Below are positions 49,382 through 59,674 of a stretch of DNA of 64,000 bases, one piece after another. This DNA is from Candidatus Babeliales bacterium (lineage in GTDB: Bacteria; Babelota; Babeliae; Babelales; JANWKD01). Both the position numbers and the translations under genes were made by a program. Below the pieces are notes generated by a model. It had not been told where the DNA came from. It searched no databases and was given only the letters and a program-made list of their open reading frames with translations. How positions within the stretch are numbered: the first letter of the stretch is position 1; each line of letters starts with the position of its first letter. The stretch is taken from assembly GCA_963722255.1 (NCBI GenBank), contig CAVRJO010000002.1:352001-416000 (forward strand). The letters are read 5' to 3'.

Positions 49382-50917
49382 ATGAATACGACGATATATT
49401 CAGCAACAACCGTAGGCGTTGATGCGTATAATGTTCATGTAGAAGTTGATCTTTCATTAGGCATGCTTCAATTTTTTATTGTTGGACTCCCTGATCGGGC
49501 AATTAATGAAAGTCGTCAACGAATACAAACCGCTTTAAAAAATAGTGGTATACGACTACCTGAAAGAAAGATCACCGTAAACCTTGCACCGGCGGATTTA
49601 AAAAAAGAAGGCACCTTATTTGATTTGCCCATAGCAATCGGTATTTTACAAGCCAGTAAACTTATCAATCTTGATCAACAATTCTTAGAAGAAACCTTAT
49701 TTCTTGGAGAACTTTCTCTTGATGGGACCATCAGAAGCATCAAAGGGGCACTTGCTATCGCTTGCGATGCAAAAAAATTACAAAAAAAACGAATAATTCT
49801 TCCTGAAGACAACGTATTTGAGGCATCTCTTATTGACGGCATTGAAGTAATAGGAGCGCAAAGTTTGGTACATTTGATTGGTTATTTGCGCAAAGAAATA
49901 GCAATAACAACCATTATGGGTGGCACCCAAAGTTTTAATGGCAAAAAATTAAAGAGCGATCTTGACTTTAATCAAGTTAAAGGCCAACACCAAGCAAAAC
50001 GTGCTTTACAAATTACAGCGGCCGGACGTCATAACATTCTCTTTGTAGGATCTCCCGGTTCAGGAAAAACAATGCTTGCAAAGAGATTGCCAACCATTAT
50101 GCCATCAATGTCATTTGAAGAAATCCTTGAAACGAGCAAAATTTATTCGATTAATGGAAAACTCACCAATAAGCATCTGGTCATCGAACGGCCATTTAGA
50201 AGCCCACACCACACTATCTCACAAGCCGGCCTTGTCGGAGGCGGAACATTTCCACAACCTGGAGAGATTAGCTTAACGCACAATGGCATTCTTTTTCTTG
50301 ATGAATTGACAGAGTTCAAACGCACAACACTTGAAGTTTTACGACAACCTCTTGAGAGCAAAACCGTTTGTATTTCCCGTGCAAACCATACCCTAAATTT
50401 TCCGGCATCTTTTTTATTAATAGCCGCACTCAACCCTTGCCCATGTGGATATTTAGGAGACAAAAAGAAGGAATGCTCCTGCCATCCTCAGCATATTAAA
50501 CGATATCTTGAAAAACTTTCTGGCCCTCTTATGGATCGTATCGATATTCAGATCCATATTCAATCATTGGAATATACAGATATACATAATCAACAGCAAA
50601 ATAAGAGCTCTGAAGAACTTTTAGTTGCCGTACACCATGCAGTTAAAACACAATATAATCGTTTTGGTAAAGCATACTATAATAGCGAAATGATGCCCGA
50701 TCAGATTGAAAAATATTGTATTCTTTCTGAACCGGCACAAGAAGCAATAAAAAAAGCATTTGATCGACTTCATTTGAGTATGCGCGGCTATCATAAAATT
50801 CTCAAAGTAGCACGCACTATTGCCGATCTCTCACAGTCAGAAATAATTGAGCTGAATCATATTCAAGAAGCAATTATGTATCGATCACTTGATCAAGCGC
50901 TAGAAAAACTTAGATAG
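49382..50917 (+). CDS. comM: YifB/ComM family Mg-chelatase-like AAA+ ATPase
   Basis: IVGLPD, NLAPADLKKEG, GSPGSGKTM, RPFRSPHH, LFLDE, NPCPCG, SGPLMDRID. Confidence 0.93.
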   Translation: MNTTIYSATTVGVDAYNVHVEVDLSLGMLQFFIVGLPDRAINESRQRIQTALKNSGIRLPERKITVNLAPADLKKEGTLFDLPIAIGILQASKLINLDQQFLEETLFLGELSLDGTIRSIKGALAIACDAKKLQKKRIILPEDNVFEASLIDGIEVIGAQSLVHLIGYLRKEIAITTIMGGTQSFNGKKLKSDLDFNQVKGQHQAKRALQITAAGRHNILFVGSPGSGKTMLAKRLPTIMPSMSFEEILETSKIYSINGKLTNKHLVIERPFRSPHHTISQAGLVGGGTFPQPGEISLTHNGILFLDELTEFKRTTLEVLRQPLESKTVCISRANHTLNFPASFLLIAALNPCPCGYLGDKKKECSCHPQHIKRYLEKLSGPLMDRIDIQIHIQSLEYTDIHNQQQNKSSEELLVAVHHAVKTQYNRFGKAYYNSEMMPDQIEKYCILSEPAQEAIKKAFDRLHLSMRGYHKILKVARTIADLSQSEIIELNHIQEAIMYRSLDQALEKLR

Positions 50918-50939
50918 CTTTTTTATGTAGAATCTTCAA

Positions 50940-51191
50940 CTACTTAAGAAAATCATGAACGCACAAATTCTCTTCGAAAATAAAATCATTGCTGTGCAAA
51001 CCGTTCGATACATGAAGAAGCGTTCCAAATTGATATCCTAATGCAAATACTCCTTTTTCATATTCAAATGGATCTTCTTCATATTCTAAATGTTTATTTT
51101 CATATAACCAGGTCAATTCTGGAGGATTATTCATTCCAAACACAGAATACATACTAATGAAAAAAAGAGTTACTACTGCTTTCATAGTCAT
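50940..51191 (-). CDS. Short secreted hypothetical protein (...SVFG|MNN), possibly truncated
   Basis: Signal peptide; 83 aa. Confidence 0.5.
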   Translation of the reverse strand: MTMKAVVTLFFISMYSVFGMNNPPELTWLYENKHLEYEEDPFEYEKGVFALGYQFGTLLHVSNGLHSNDFIFEENLCVHDFLK

Positions 51192-51300
51192 CCCATTTGC
51201 AAATATGATTTAACATTTAGTTGTTTTAAGAATAAACTAATTAGGTCATTCATATATATATTATGTATCCCTAGAAGGTACTTACTCTAAAGGAATTTTA

Positions 51301-51708
51301 ATGATCTTAGGAATTGGAATAGATTCTGTTGAAATAGATCGTTTTGAAAAATGGCATTTATATAAGTGTAAATCACTAACAAAAATTTTTAATCAAATCG
51401 AAATAGATTACTGCCTCAGTAACAATAAAAAAAGTGCTGAACGCTTTGCAGTACGCTTTGCAGCCAAAGAAGCATTTTTAAAAGCAATTTTTCAGCATAC
51501 CTGTCAAAAAAAGCCTCTTACCCTACTCACAATATGCAAGAATGTAGCCCTTATTAATGCACAAAGCGGCATGCCTGAACTCGTCATTGATTGGAAAAAT
51601 CTTCTTCCCTATCTAACAATTCAGACAGTACCGCTCAAAGTTCATGTTTCATTAACGCATAGCAATACGCTCGCTACAGCATTCATTATTTTAGAAAAAA
51701 TTATTTAA
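51301..51708 (+). CDS. acpS: Holo-[acyl-carrier-protein] synthase
   Basis: GIGID.VEI.RF, RFAAKEAFLKA, VSLTH. Confidence 0.95.
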   Translation: MILGIGIDSVEIDRFEKWHLYKCKSLTKIFNQIEIDYCLSNNKKSAERFAVRFAAKEAFLKAIFQHTCQKKPLTLLTICKNVALINAQSGMPELVIDWKNLLPYLTIQTVPLKVHVSLTHSNTLATAFIILEKII

Positions 51709-52307
51709 TTTACTTTTTCTTCTCTTGCAGCTTCTTGTTTACTTAATGCTAGTAATGAGAAAGATCCATCCTTTTTTGGCCTAAAACAACGTGCTTTAAT
51801 TTTTTGACCCTTTTTCTTCCTAATAAATGGCTTTGGTTTAATGTTTCCAGTATCAATTTTTTTACCATTTTTAGATTCTTCATTTTTTACCGGACTCATT
51901 TCTTTCTCTTTCATTTCAAAGAAATTTAAATCAGGTTCTTGTAAAAGATCAACTAATGAAACTAATTTTTCATTATCGTTCTCATATGTAATCTGGTCCA
52001 CTTTCATTGTTGGCATATTATCAGAAGACCAAGCTTCTCCTCGATAAACTAATTCAGAGAATAATTCATTAGAATTAAGAGTTAATGCATTCGTTGGCTC
52101 ATAAGAATCTTGAAAATAATTCATTATGTTTGTGTTTCCTGCTCCTGAACTATGCTCATTCATTATGCCGCTTCTAAAACCTTGCATACCAACAAGAAAT
52201 TGACCAAATAATTCATTTTGCTTATCCATGCCATAGATTGTGTACATACTCATAGAACTACACATAAAACCGATTGCCAAATAACACTTTTTCATTGAAA
52301 ACCTCAT
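51705..52307 (-). CDS. Secreted hypothetical protein (...TIYG|MDK) with acidic middle and basic C-terminus
   Basis: Signal peptide; RKKKGQKIKARCFRPKK. Confidence 0.7.
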   Translation of the reverse strand: MRFSMKKCYLAIGFMCSSMSMYTIYGMDKQNELFGQFLVGMQGFRSGIMNEHSSGAGNTNIMNYFQDSYEPTNALTLNSNELFSELVYRGEAWSSDNMPTMKVDQITYENDNEKLVSLVDLLQEPDLNFFEMKEKEMSPVKNEESKNGKKIDTGNIKPKPFIRKKKGQKIKARCFRPKKDGSFSLLALSKQEAAREEKVN

Positions 52308-52521
52308 AAATATAATATGTACAAAAAATAAAATACTCTTTATAGTATAACAATTTAATAATTTATTGCAATAAGAAATTTAATAGCAGCAAAAAATTCG
52401 AACTCGGCCACTATAAACTGTTCTGATCAAAAGGAAAAATATGTAACAATATAATAATGCATATATTCAATTATTAAATAAGAAAAAAATGGTTCAAATA
52501 GATATGAACAATCACCTCTCA

Positions 52522-53721
52522 ATGAATAAATTTTTCGCTCTCATCAGCATTTCATTAGTAATCTTTCAAGTTACCTTAGGAATGGAAGCATGGTCACTTG
52601 ATGACCAAAATAAAAATAATTTTGCTGAAGGTCTTTATTGCGTTCTTAATGAGGAAATAAAGGATATATGTAAAGCCACATATGAAGAAATAGAAATAGA
52701 TGAAGCCATGGAAGAAACAACGGAAAAAGAACATTTAGTTTCTAAAAAAAAAGAGCACAAGTTGCATATTCAAGAAGAAGAGATTTCTCAAGAAACAATA
52801 GAATTGATGCTAAATTTTTTATCATTACCAGATTTACCAAAAGAGATTATTATTTCATTTCTTGAACGACATTCATTAGCATTTTTTTGTCGATTAAAAG
52901 GTATATCTAATAAAACTCGATGTAAAGCATATAAAAAGCTAAAATACCCTCATACTCTAGCTATGATAAAAAAATATGAAAAGGATCCAACCGCTCTGAC
53001 AATTAAACATCTTTTTTATGAGGCGCTTAGTTTCGGAAATTTAAAAAACAAACCAAATCATCACCACCTATATTCAGATTTAGAAAAAATAGATTTTTTG
53101 ACAAAAAAATTAATTGTGAATAAAAATAAATTAACCCATGCAGTGGGTATGTATGTAGTAAATTCTGGGAATATTTTCGATATCAATTGTGATAATGCAG
53201 GATATTATAACTTAAGAAAAAAATTCTTAAAACTAATTAATCAAAGGCTTAATACACGCATAAAAACTCTTGATATCTGCGGAGATTCTTGTAACCTCTT
53301 CACTAGATATGGTTTCAGCAGTGAAGGCTTTTGCTTAGGTTCATTTTTTTTATACTTTTCAATTCTATCACCAACGACAACCCTTATAGTGGGAACAATT
53401 TCTAGTTATGTATGCTGTATTGGCTCTATAGCAACCTGCTATTCAATGAATGTATTCCTACCCTGCCCGGAAAAAAAAATCACCAACAAGCTTGTTAATT
53501 CACTACAGTTCACAGCCTGCTGTATACCATGTTGCATTCTTTGCCCAGAAGAGGCAAAAGTACGTTTAACTTCCATTTCTGAAAACGAGAAAGATTCCAT
53601 TCTCAACCTAAGCGCCATGACAAACCTTCATGAACTCAAGGAAATTATTCAAAATGCACAAAAAAGCTTAAAACAAGCAAAAGAGAAAGTGTCCCTACAA
53701 CAGGAAGATTCTTTCAATTAA
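52522..53721 (+). CDS. Secreted protein (...VTLG|MEA) with F-box-like motif and Cys-rich membrane region
   Basis: FLSLPDLPKEIIISFLE; VCCIG..TC and ACCIPCCILCP. Confidence 0.7.
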   Translation: MNKFFALISISLVIFQVTLGMEAWSLDDQNKNNFAEGLYCVLNEEIKDICKATYEEIEIDEAMEETTEKEHLVSKKKEHKLHIQEEEISQETIELMLNFLSLPDLPKEIIISFLERHSLAFFCRLKGISNKTRCKAYKKLKYPHTLAMIKKYEKDPTALTIKHLFYEALSFGNLKNKPNHHHLYSDLEKIDFLTKKLIVNKNKLTHAVGMYVVNSGNIFDINCDNAGYYNLRKKFLKLINQRLNTRIKTLDICGDSCNLFTRYGFSSEGFCLGSFFLYFSILSPTTTLIVGTISSYVCCIGSIATCYSMNVFLPCPEKKITNKLVNSLQFTACCIPCCILCPEEAKVRLTSISENEKDSILNLSAMTNLHELKEIIQNAQKSLKQAKEKVSLQQEDSFN

Positions 53722-53749
53722 TTGACAATCATAAAAAAGACGTTACTCT
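53722..53749 (+). promoter_or_regulatory. Putative sigma70 promoter of the tRNA
   Basis: TTGACA-16 nt-TACTCT upstream of the tRNA. Confidence 0.4.
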
Positions 53750-53799
53750 TGAGAGTATAAATCTGATTTATACAATAAATTTTGAATTAATAAATTTGA

Positions 53800-53876
<77 letters not shown>

Positions 53877-53881
53877 AGTAT

Positions 53882-53912
53882 ATAGCCGCTTTTCTAAGCG
53901 GCTATTTTTTTT
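53882..53912 (+). terminator. Intrinsic terminator after the tRNA
   Basis: atagccgctt-ttct-aagcggctat followed by a T-run. Confidence 0.9.
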
Positions 53913-54155
53913 ATAAAAACCCTCAACCTCTCCCCTTTTTCCTCTTTTTATTTTCAAAGCAAATCTACTCGATTATGATTTTATTTGAAATAAAATTAAA
54001 AAATTCTTATGCTTTATTACAACATCCTCCAAAAATATATTATTTTATTTGAAATATATTAAAAAATAGTATAGAATCTACATTGTTTTTAGTATGCCAT
54101 ATTGTTTCATATTAGTAATAAGCATACTTTATAGGTAGGTACTTGAAAGAAATTT

Positions 54156-55424
54156 ATGGAAAAACTTATAGCCTTTAGTATGATTGTGCTCTTGTTTTCA
54201 TGCGTTCAAGCTATGGAAGAACAGAGAACTTCGCCTCAAAAGCTTGATGTTCCTTCTCATAATCAGCATGATAAAAGTTCTTGGGATTTTAATTTTTTTT
54301 CAGATCAAATAAGTATTATACAAAAGCAGAATGAAAAACTAATAAATTTTCATTTACAACAAGATTCTTCATTAGAAGACATAAATAAAACAATAGACAA
54401 CATTAATAGCATACAAAAACATTACCATCTGCTCTTAACAACTAATCCAGCATTAGAACATCTATGCCGAAATGCTCTTGCTGAAAATTTCTATTTGCTT
54501 GCTCTTCTTTATAAGAAAAATAGAAAAAATGAACATACCCAGAGCTGTATTCAATCCGGATTGAGTTTTTCAAGGGTCGGCGATCCAGTACATATTAAAC
54601 TTGAAAACTTAAAAAAACAGTCAAATCAAATTTCCGCTCAATTACCTTCATTAGTTCAAGAAAAATCGACGCCTCACTTTTCTAACAAAAGACCAGTTGA
54701 ATCCCCTATATCATCTTCAAACCTTACACATCCTTCAAAAAAACAGCGTACAGCTCACTTATCTAAAAAACAACTTGTACAAGAAATTGTTAACTTTAGA
54801 AAAAAATATACTGTTCACATTGAAACTGGGTATTCATTCGTTATAATTGCTCAAAATATGCTTACCTTTTATTCTTCTATTCTCAATAAAATTCCCGATA
54901 ATTTAATTGGCGCTGTTGCATTCGATTATTACACCGTATTCAATCATTTGATAAATGATTCAGAAATTAATCTTGCTCAAAAAATTGCAGAGCAAATTAT
55001 TGCTATTGTAAAAAAGAACAAATATTTAAATGACATTATTCCAACTCTGCATCAAATCAAAGAATCACAGGAACATTGCAAAAAAATATATGAAATACTA
55101 GAAGCGTTAAAAATAGAGATACAAAAAAATAACATACTACCAGTCTATGAAACATTTCGTAAAAAATTATCGGATATACCTACGATTATTCAACACTCTT
55201 ATATTGATAAATCAAACAAACAATCTCTTAAAAAAAACCTTGCAGAATTTCACTTAAATCTTGCACAAAAACTCATCGAAATTTCCCATTATCAAGAAGC
55301 TCTTATTATCATCAGAATAGCAAAACAATACTACCCACTCGAGGAATTATCTGAACAATTTGAACAGCTCAAAATTCAAGCTGAACTTGCACAAGAAGCC
55401 GTCTATCAAAACAACCCCCTATGA
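54156..55424 (+). CDS. Secreted helical (TPR-like) protein (...CVQA|MEE) with bipartite NLS-like motif
   Basis: Signal peptide; KRPVESPISSSNLTHPSKKQR; TPR-like helices. Confidence 0.75.
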   Translation: MEKLIAFSMIVLLFSCVQAMEEQRTSPQKLDVPSHNQHDKSSWDFNFFSDQISIIQKQNEKLINFHLQQDSSLEDINKTIDNINSIQKHYHLLLTTNPALEHLCRNALAENFYLLALLYKKNRKNEHTQSCIQSGLSFSRVGDPVHIKLENLKKQSNQISAQLPSLVQEKSTPHFSNKRPVESPISSSNLTHPSKKQRTAHLSKKQLVQEIVNFRKKYTVHIETGYSFVIIAQNMLTFYSSILNKIPDNLIGAVAFDYYTVFNHLINDSEINLAQKIAEQIIAIVKKNKYLNDIIPTLHQIKESQEHCKKIYEILEALKIEIQKNNILPVYETFRKKLSDIPTIIQHSYIDKSNKQSLKKNLAEFHLNLAQKLIEISHYQEALIIIRIAKQYYPLEELSEQFEQLKIQAELAQEAVYQNNPL

Positions 55425-55455
55425 TCTAGTTTAAAATAATGCATTTTTTACTATT

Positions 55456-55872
55456 TTAATTCTTCAAAAAATTATCTACTTTTTTTAAAAGTTCTTTTGC
55501 GTTTTTAAAAGTCAACTGATCTAATGCTTTTTTATAGGGCAACCACAAATACCCTCTATGCTCATGAGATAAAACAACATCTTTGCTTTCTGACTTGCCA
55601 ATAAAAAAATAGACCTTTTTTTTAATCAATTCTGTACTATTAGGATAACGGAAAAAATAACTGAACTCTTCTTGAAAGCCCTGGTACAATTCAGCTTTCA
55701 ATCCTGTTTCTTCCATGAGCTCTCGTAAAGCCGCTTCTTCCTTTGTCTCATTATCTTCAATATGCCCTTTTGGAAAATCCCAATGACCCGATTGATAATG
55801 CAGTAATAAAAATTCTACCCCGTTTTCATCATAACAATAAACAACAACTCCGGCAGAATATTCTTGTTTCAT
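55456..55872 (-). CDS. NUDIX hydrolase, asymmetric Ap4A hydrolase-like
   Basis: SAG, HWDFPKGH, Nudix box EAALRELMEETGL, LSHEH. Confidence 0.92.
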   Translation of the reverse strand: MKQEYSAGVVVYCYDENGVEFLLLHYQSGHWDFPKGHIEDNETKEEAALRELMEETGLKAELYQGFQEEFSYFFRYPNSTELIKKKVYFFIGKSESKDVVLSHEHRGYLWLPYKKALDQLTFKNAKELLKKVDNFLKN

Positions 55873-55878
55873 AGCCCA

Positions 55879-57588
55879 TCAATCCAGAAAATATAAACGC
55901 ACATTGAATAACCTTCTCGTTTTAATTAAGAGATAGCAGGTCGTTAAACATAAAGGTCCAACCCAGAACCAAAAACCAATTTTATACAATAAAAATTGTT
56001 TAAAAAATTGATTTGCAAGCACAGTGATAAGCATTTGGCCACAAAAATAAAGGCAGCCAAAAAAGAGAACTATGAAGGCTGTTTGCATGAGTGAATAGGT
56101 TATAAACTTGGCAAATGCAGAAAAATAGAACTTAAAATTAAAATTTTTATATAAAAAGAGAGCAAAAAAAGCAACATGAATTATATTGGTTATAACAAAA
56201 GCTAAAGCCAATCCGTTAACACCAAACATTGGAGTAAATGTTTTACATAAACAGTAGTTAATCATTAAAATACCTAAAGAAATGTAACATGGTGTAATGG
56301 TATCATGTAAAGCATAATAGATATTCAATAGAATTTTATATAATGAAAAAAAGAAAAGCCCTGATAAAAAAATTATCAAAAGTTGTGATGCCTGTTCAAC
56401 ATGTAGTAGTGAAAATTTTTCCGATAAAAAAATTGTGTGAAAAAATTTTTCAGCCAAAAAGCTCATTATGATAGTGCAGGGAACAGTAATCCAAAAAACT
56501 ACTTTTGCGGCCTCCAATAAATAGATACTAAGTCGTTTTGGTGCATAAATACTAATTCGAGAAAAATAAGGTAAAAGTATTGTTGAAAAAGCACCTATTA
56601 AAACTGCTAAGGGAATACCCATAAACCTATTGGCATAATAAATCAATGCAATAGAACCCTTGGGCAAATAGGTTGCTAAACTCGTACTCATGAAAAGATT
56701 CAATTCAAGAATACTCATACTTACCATACAAGGAAGAAACTTTTTCATTATTTGTTTAAAATGCTCTATCGTTTTATTATTTATTTTTCCAAAGGTAAAA
56801 TTAAGTTTAAAATAAACAATAAAATGCAATAAAAACTGCAAAAACCCACCAAAAAGAACGGCTGCACACAACCATTCAATGGTAAGTCCAAATTTTAAGC
56901 AAACGAGCAAGCCAGAAATAAAGGCAATGTTAAATAATACAGGAGTAAAAGAAGGAACAAAAAAATGGTTGGCAGCTTGCAAAGCACCGGCTAGCAATGC
57001 ACTACTTGAAAAACAAACAATAAGAGAAATTAATATCCGTAAATAGATAATTGCATAATATGCTTGCCCAACCGATGGCGCTAAACAATACCACGCTGGC
57101 GCAAACCATTCCAAAACATGGCCGAGCAAGGGCAAATTCGAAGAAATCATTTCAGCGCCTTGTGCGCAGTACCAACCGGGAGCTATTAATCGAATAACAG
57201 CATCAGCTTGCCAAAATATTAAACCACAAAAAAGTAGTAATAGCCCTTCGAAAAATAAAAAGGTAAGAGACATTAAAGAAGAAGCCTCTTTTTGGGATTC
57301 ATTTTTAATTATTTTTACAAATGTTGGAACACAAGCAGCACTCAAAGCACCTTCTGCAAAAATCTTTCTTAATGAGTTAGGTATTTTAAAAGCCGTAAGA
57401 AAAGCATCGGCCATTTCACTGACTCCCAAATATTTTGAAGTTAACAATTCGCGCATTAAGCCAAATAACCTGCTTAAAAGCGTTGATGCTCCGACTTGAA
57501 CTGTTTTTGAAATAAGATTTTTTTTCACCGTAGTTTGATGTTGTGCTTCATGAGATCTCGCTGGAGTATATGCCATTTGCTTAGCCAT
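55879..57588 (-). CDS. murJ: Lipid II flippase MurJ (MviN)
   Basis: SRLFGLMRE, ADAF..AFKIPNSLRKIFAEGALSAA.VP, YYANRF. Confidence 0.95.
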   Translation of the reverse strand: MAKQMAYTPARSHEAQHQTTVKKNLISKTVQVGASTLLSRLFGLMRELLTSKYLGVSEMADAFLTAFKIPNSLRKIFAEGALSAACVPTFVKIIKNESQKEASSLMSLTFLFFEGLLLLFCGLIFWQADAVIRLIAPGWYCAQGAEMISSNLPLLGHVLEWFAPAWYCLAPSVGQAYYAIIYLRILISLIVCFSSSALLAGALQAANHFFVPSFTPVLFNIAFISGLLVCLKFGLTIEWLCAAVLFGGFLQFLLHFIVYFKLNFTFGKINNKTIEHFKQIMKKFLPCMVSMSILELNLFMSTSLATYLPKGSIALIYYANRFMGIPLAVLIGAFSTILLPYFSRISIYAPKRLSIYLLEAAKVVFWITVPCTIIMSFLAEKFFHTIFLSEKFSLLHVEQASQLLIIFLSGLFFFSLYKILLNIYYALHDTITPCYISLGILMINYCLCKTFTPMFGVNGLALAFVITNIIHVAFFALFLYKNFNFKFYFSAFAKFITYSLMQTAFIVLFFGCLYFCGQMLITVLANQFFKQFLLYKIGFWFWVGPLCLTTCYLLIKTRRLFNVRLYFLD

Positions 57589-58270
57589 TCTGTTTTTCCT
57601 TTACTGCTTCTGATAAAAAACCATTGTTTAGCACTAAAATTGTATCCATTTTTTGTATTACATAGCGATCATGAGAACTAATAATAAGCCCCATATTATA
57701 TTCTTTATGATATCGTACTAGTATTTCAAGTATGAGCTTTCCTGTGGTCTCATCAAGATTCCCTGTTGGTTCATCTGCTAATAAAAATGAAGGTTGCGTT
57801 AACAAAGCACGGGCAATAGCAACTCTTTGTTGCTGGCCGCCTGATAATGATCTTGGAAAATCGCTCGATTTCTCCGCAATACCTAATTCATTCAACAAAC
57901 AAACTGCTTTTTGATAACAGTCATCATACAATAATCCCGCAATAAATCCCTTACACATAACATTTTCAATAACAGTCAATTCATCGATTAAATAAGGCAA
58001 TTGAAAAATAAGACCAATTTTAGTATTAAAAAATTGCTCTTTTTCTTTCAAAGAAAATAGGTTCAAATTTTGATTATTATAGAAAACCATGCCCTGAGAT
58101 GGAAGCTCAAGGCCTGCAATAATATGCAAAAGAGTTGATTTTCCCGAACCAGAAAATCCTGTTATTGCATAGGTACTACACTGTTCAAAGCTTTGCGTAA
58201 TAGATCGCAAAACTTGAAATTGCATGAACTGTTTTGAGATAGACTGCAAAGATAGAATATTAGTATTCAT
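57581..58270 (-). CDS. lolD: LolD-like ABC transporter ATP-binding protein
   Basis: GFSGSGKST, LSGGQQQRVAIARAL, ADEPTGNLD, SHD. Confidence 0.8.
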   Translation of the reverse strand: MNTNILSLQSISKQFMQFQVLRSITQSFEQCSTYAITGFSGSGKSTLLHIIAGLELPSQGMVFYNNQNLNLFSLKEKEQFFNTKIGLIFQLPYLIDELTVIENVMCKGFIAGLLYDDCYQKAVCLLNELGIAEKSSDFPRSLSGGQQQRVAIARALLTQPSFLLADEPTGNLDETTGKLILEILVRYHKEYNMGLIISSHDRYVIQKMDTILVLNNGFLSEAVKEKQNG

Positions 58271-58409
58271 TAAAATGCTCACTATATGTTTTTTATAAGT
58301 ATATCTAATTTTCCAATAAAAAATAGCAATCACTTGATTTGGCACCATAGAAAAAATATACTAATTTACATATAACTATTATTTTTTAATTGAAATAACC
58401 AGCAAATCA

Positions 58410-58628
58410 ATGAACATGTATAAACTATATTTCTTATTTGTCATTTTTATTAGCAGTTCTACTCTTTCTTATCCACCCTTCAATGCCTTAAAAATGAGAA
58501 GAATCAATAACCTGCACCATGAACTCGTTGAATATAACTATTCCTATAAAGAGATTCTTGCAACATGTTGGTACCTTACATCCTATTGCTGGTATACTCA
58601 AGATGGTTGGGAAGCAAAAAATGAATAA
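58410..58628 (+). CDS. Short exported hypothetical protein or gene remnant
   Basis: Signal-peptide-like start; stop overlaps ATG 58621. Confidence 0.35.
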   Translation: MNMYKLYFLFVIFISSSTLSYPPFNALKMRRINNLHHELVEYNYSYKEILATCWYLTSYCWYTQDGWEAKNE

Positions 58629-59070
58629 AACTAAGTATAGTGTAGCTCTTGCTATCATATTGTTTCTCATTCTCTATAACCCTTTACAAAGCTCCCAACA
58701 AGAAACTGGCATTTGGAACCAACCATCTAGTTCTAGCAAAATAGTGAAAGCAAAATCACAATTGCTTGACGCATGGTATAAATATGTAAAAGCTAGCATT
58801 TCATATAAAGATTTTAAAAAAGTAGCCAAAAAATCGATTAGAGTTCTTGGGTTTACACAGTTCAATCACGCAAAGACCTCTTCAATCATCGACCCTCTTT
58901 TTTATGCCGCATTAAATGCAGATTATTCTTTCATGCTTTCACTTTTAAAAAAATTCGCTAATCCTCATTTTTCACAAATCAATTTAATTTCGGTTATAGA
59001 ACAAATGGATACAACAGAATCTAATCCTGACAGAGATACAATTATTGCCTTACTTAACAAAATAGGCTAA
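58621..59070 (+). CDS. Secreted protein with a degenerate ankyrin repeat
   Basis: Signal peptide; PLFYAALNADYSFMLSLLKKFANP. Confidence 0.65.
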   Translation: MNKTKYSVALAIILFLILYNPLQSSQQETGIWNQPSSSSKIVKAKSQLLDAWYKYVKASISYKDFKKVAKKSIRVLGFTQFNHAKTSSIIDPLFYAALNADYSFMLSLLKKFANPHFSQINLISVIEQMDTTESNPDRDTIIALLNKIG

Positions 59071-59111
59071 TCATATAAAATATAGTATCAACTGCCTCCC
59101 TCTATTCTTTA

Positions 59112-59141
59112 TTGACAAATATAAATTAATTCCTTTATGAT
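59112..59141 (+). promoter_or_regulatory. Putative sigma70 promoter
   Basis: TTGACA-18 nt-TATGAT upstream of ORF 59189. Confidence 0.5.
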
Positions 59142-59188
59142 AAAAATGAAAAAGATCTCAAATTTTACTTTTATTATAAAGGAATACC

Positions 59189-59674
59189 ATGAATAACTTG
59201 CAAACTATGTATATTTCTATTGCCTTATTATGCATATCAACTAATTTCTCTCTTCGGGCCGGAGAAATCATTTCTCCCGAAAGTTGTACAAATAGCGAAA
59301 AATCAACGATTGAGTTACAAGCTGAATGCTTAATAAAAGAAGCAAAAAAACTTGATTGCGACATTCCCGAAGAATTCAATCGAATTAAAACAATAATCCA
59401 TGAATATATACAACTTATGAAAAAGGCTCCACAACAGCCAGACTTTGATTCACTTGAATGTGCAATTTTATCTGGAGATATTGAGCTTTTAAAGCTTCTT
59501 TTAAAAAATCGTGCAAACCCAAAATTTAAAGGAAAATATGGAAGAACTTCATATAACTACTTAGCTCGATATACAAGTGAAAGGATACTTAATCAAAAAG
59601 AAAATAAAGCTCTAAAACGAGCAGATCCTGTTGAAGTGAAAAAGTTGTTGGACACCTATGCTCAAAATTTTTAA
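59189..59674 (+). CDS. Secreted ankyrin-repeat protein
   Basis: RBS aagga; signal peptide; SLECAILSGDIELLKLLLKNRANPKFKGKYGRT. Confidence 0.75.
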   Translation: MNNLQTMYISIALLCISTNFSLRAGEIISPESCTNSEKSTIELQAECLIKEAKKLDCDIPEEFNRIKTIIHEYIQLMKKAPQQPDFDSLECAILSGDIELLKLLLKNRANPKFKGKYGRTSYNYLARYTSERILNQKENKALKRADPVEVKKLLDTYAQNF

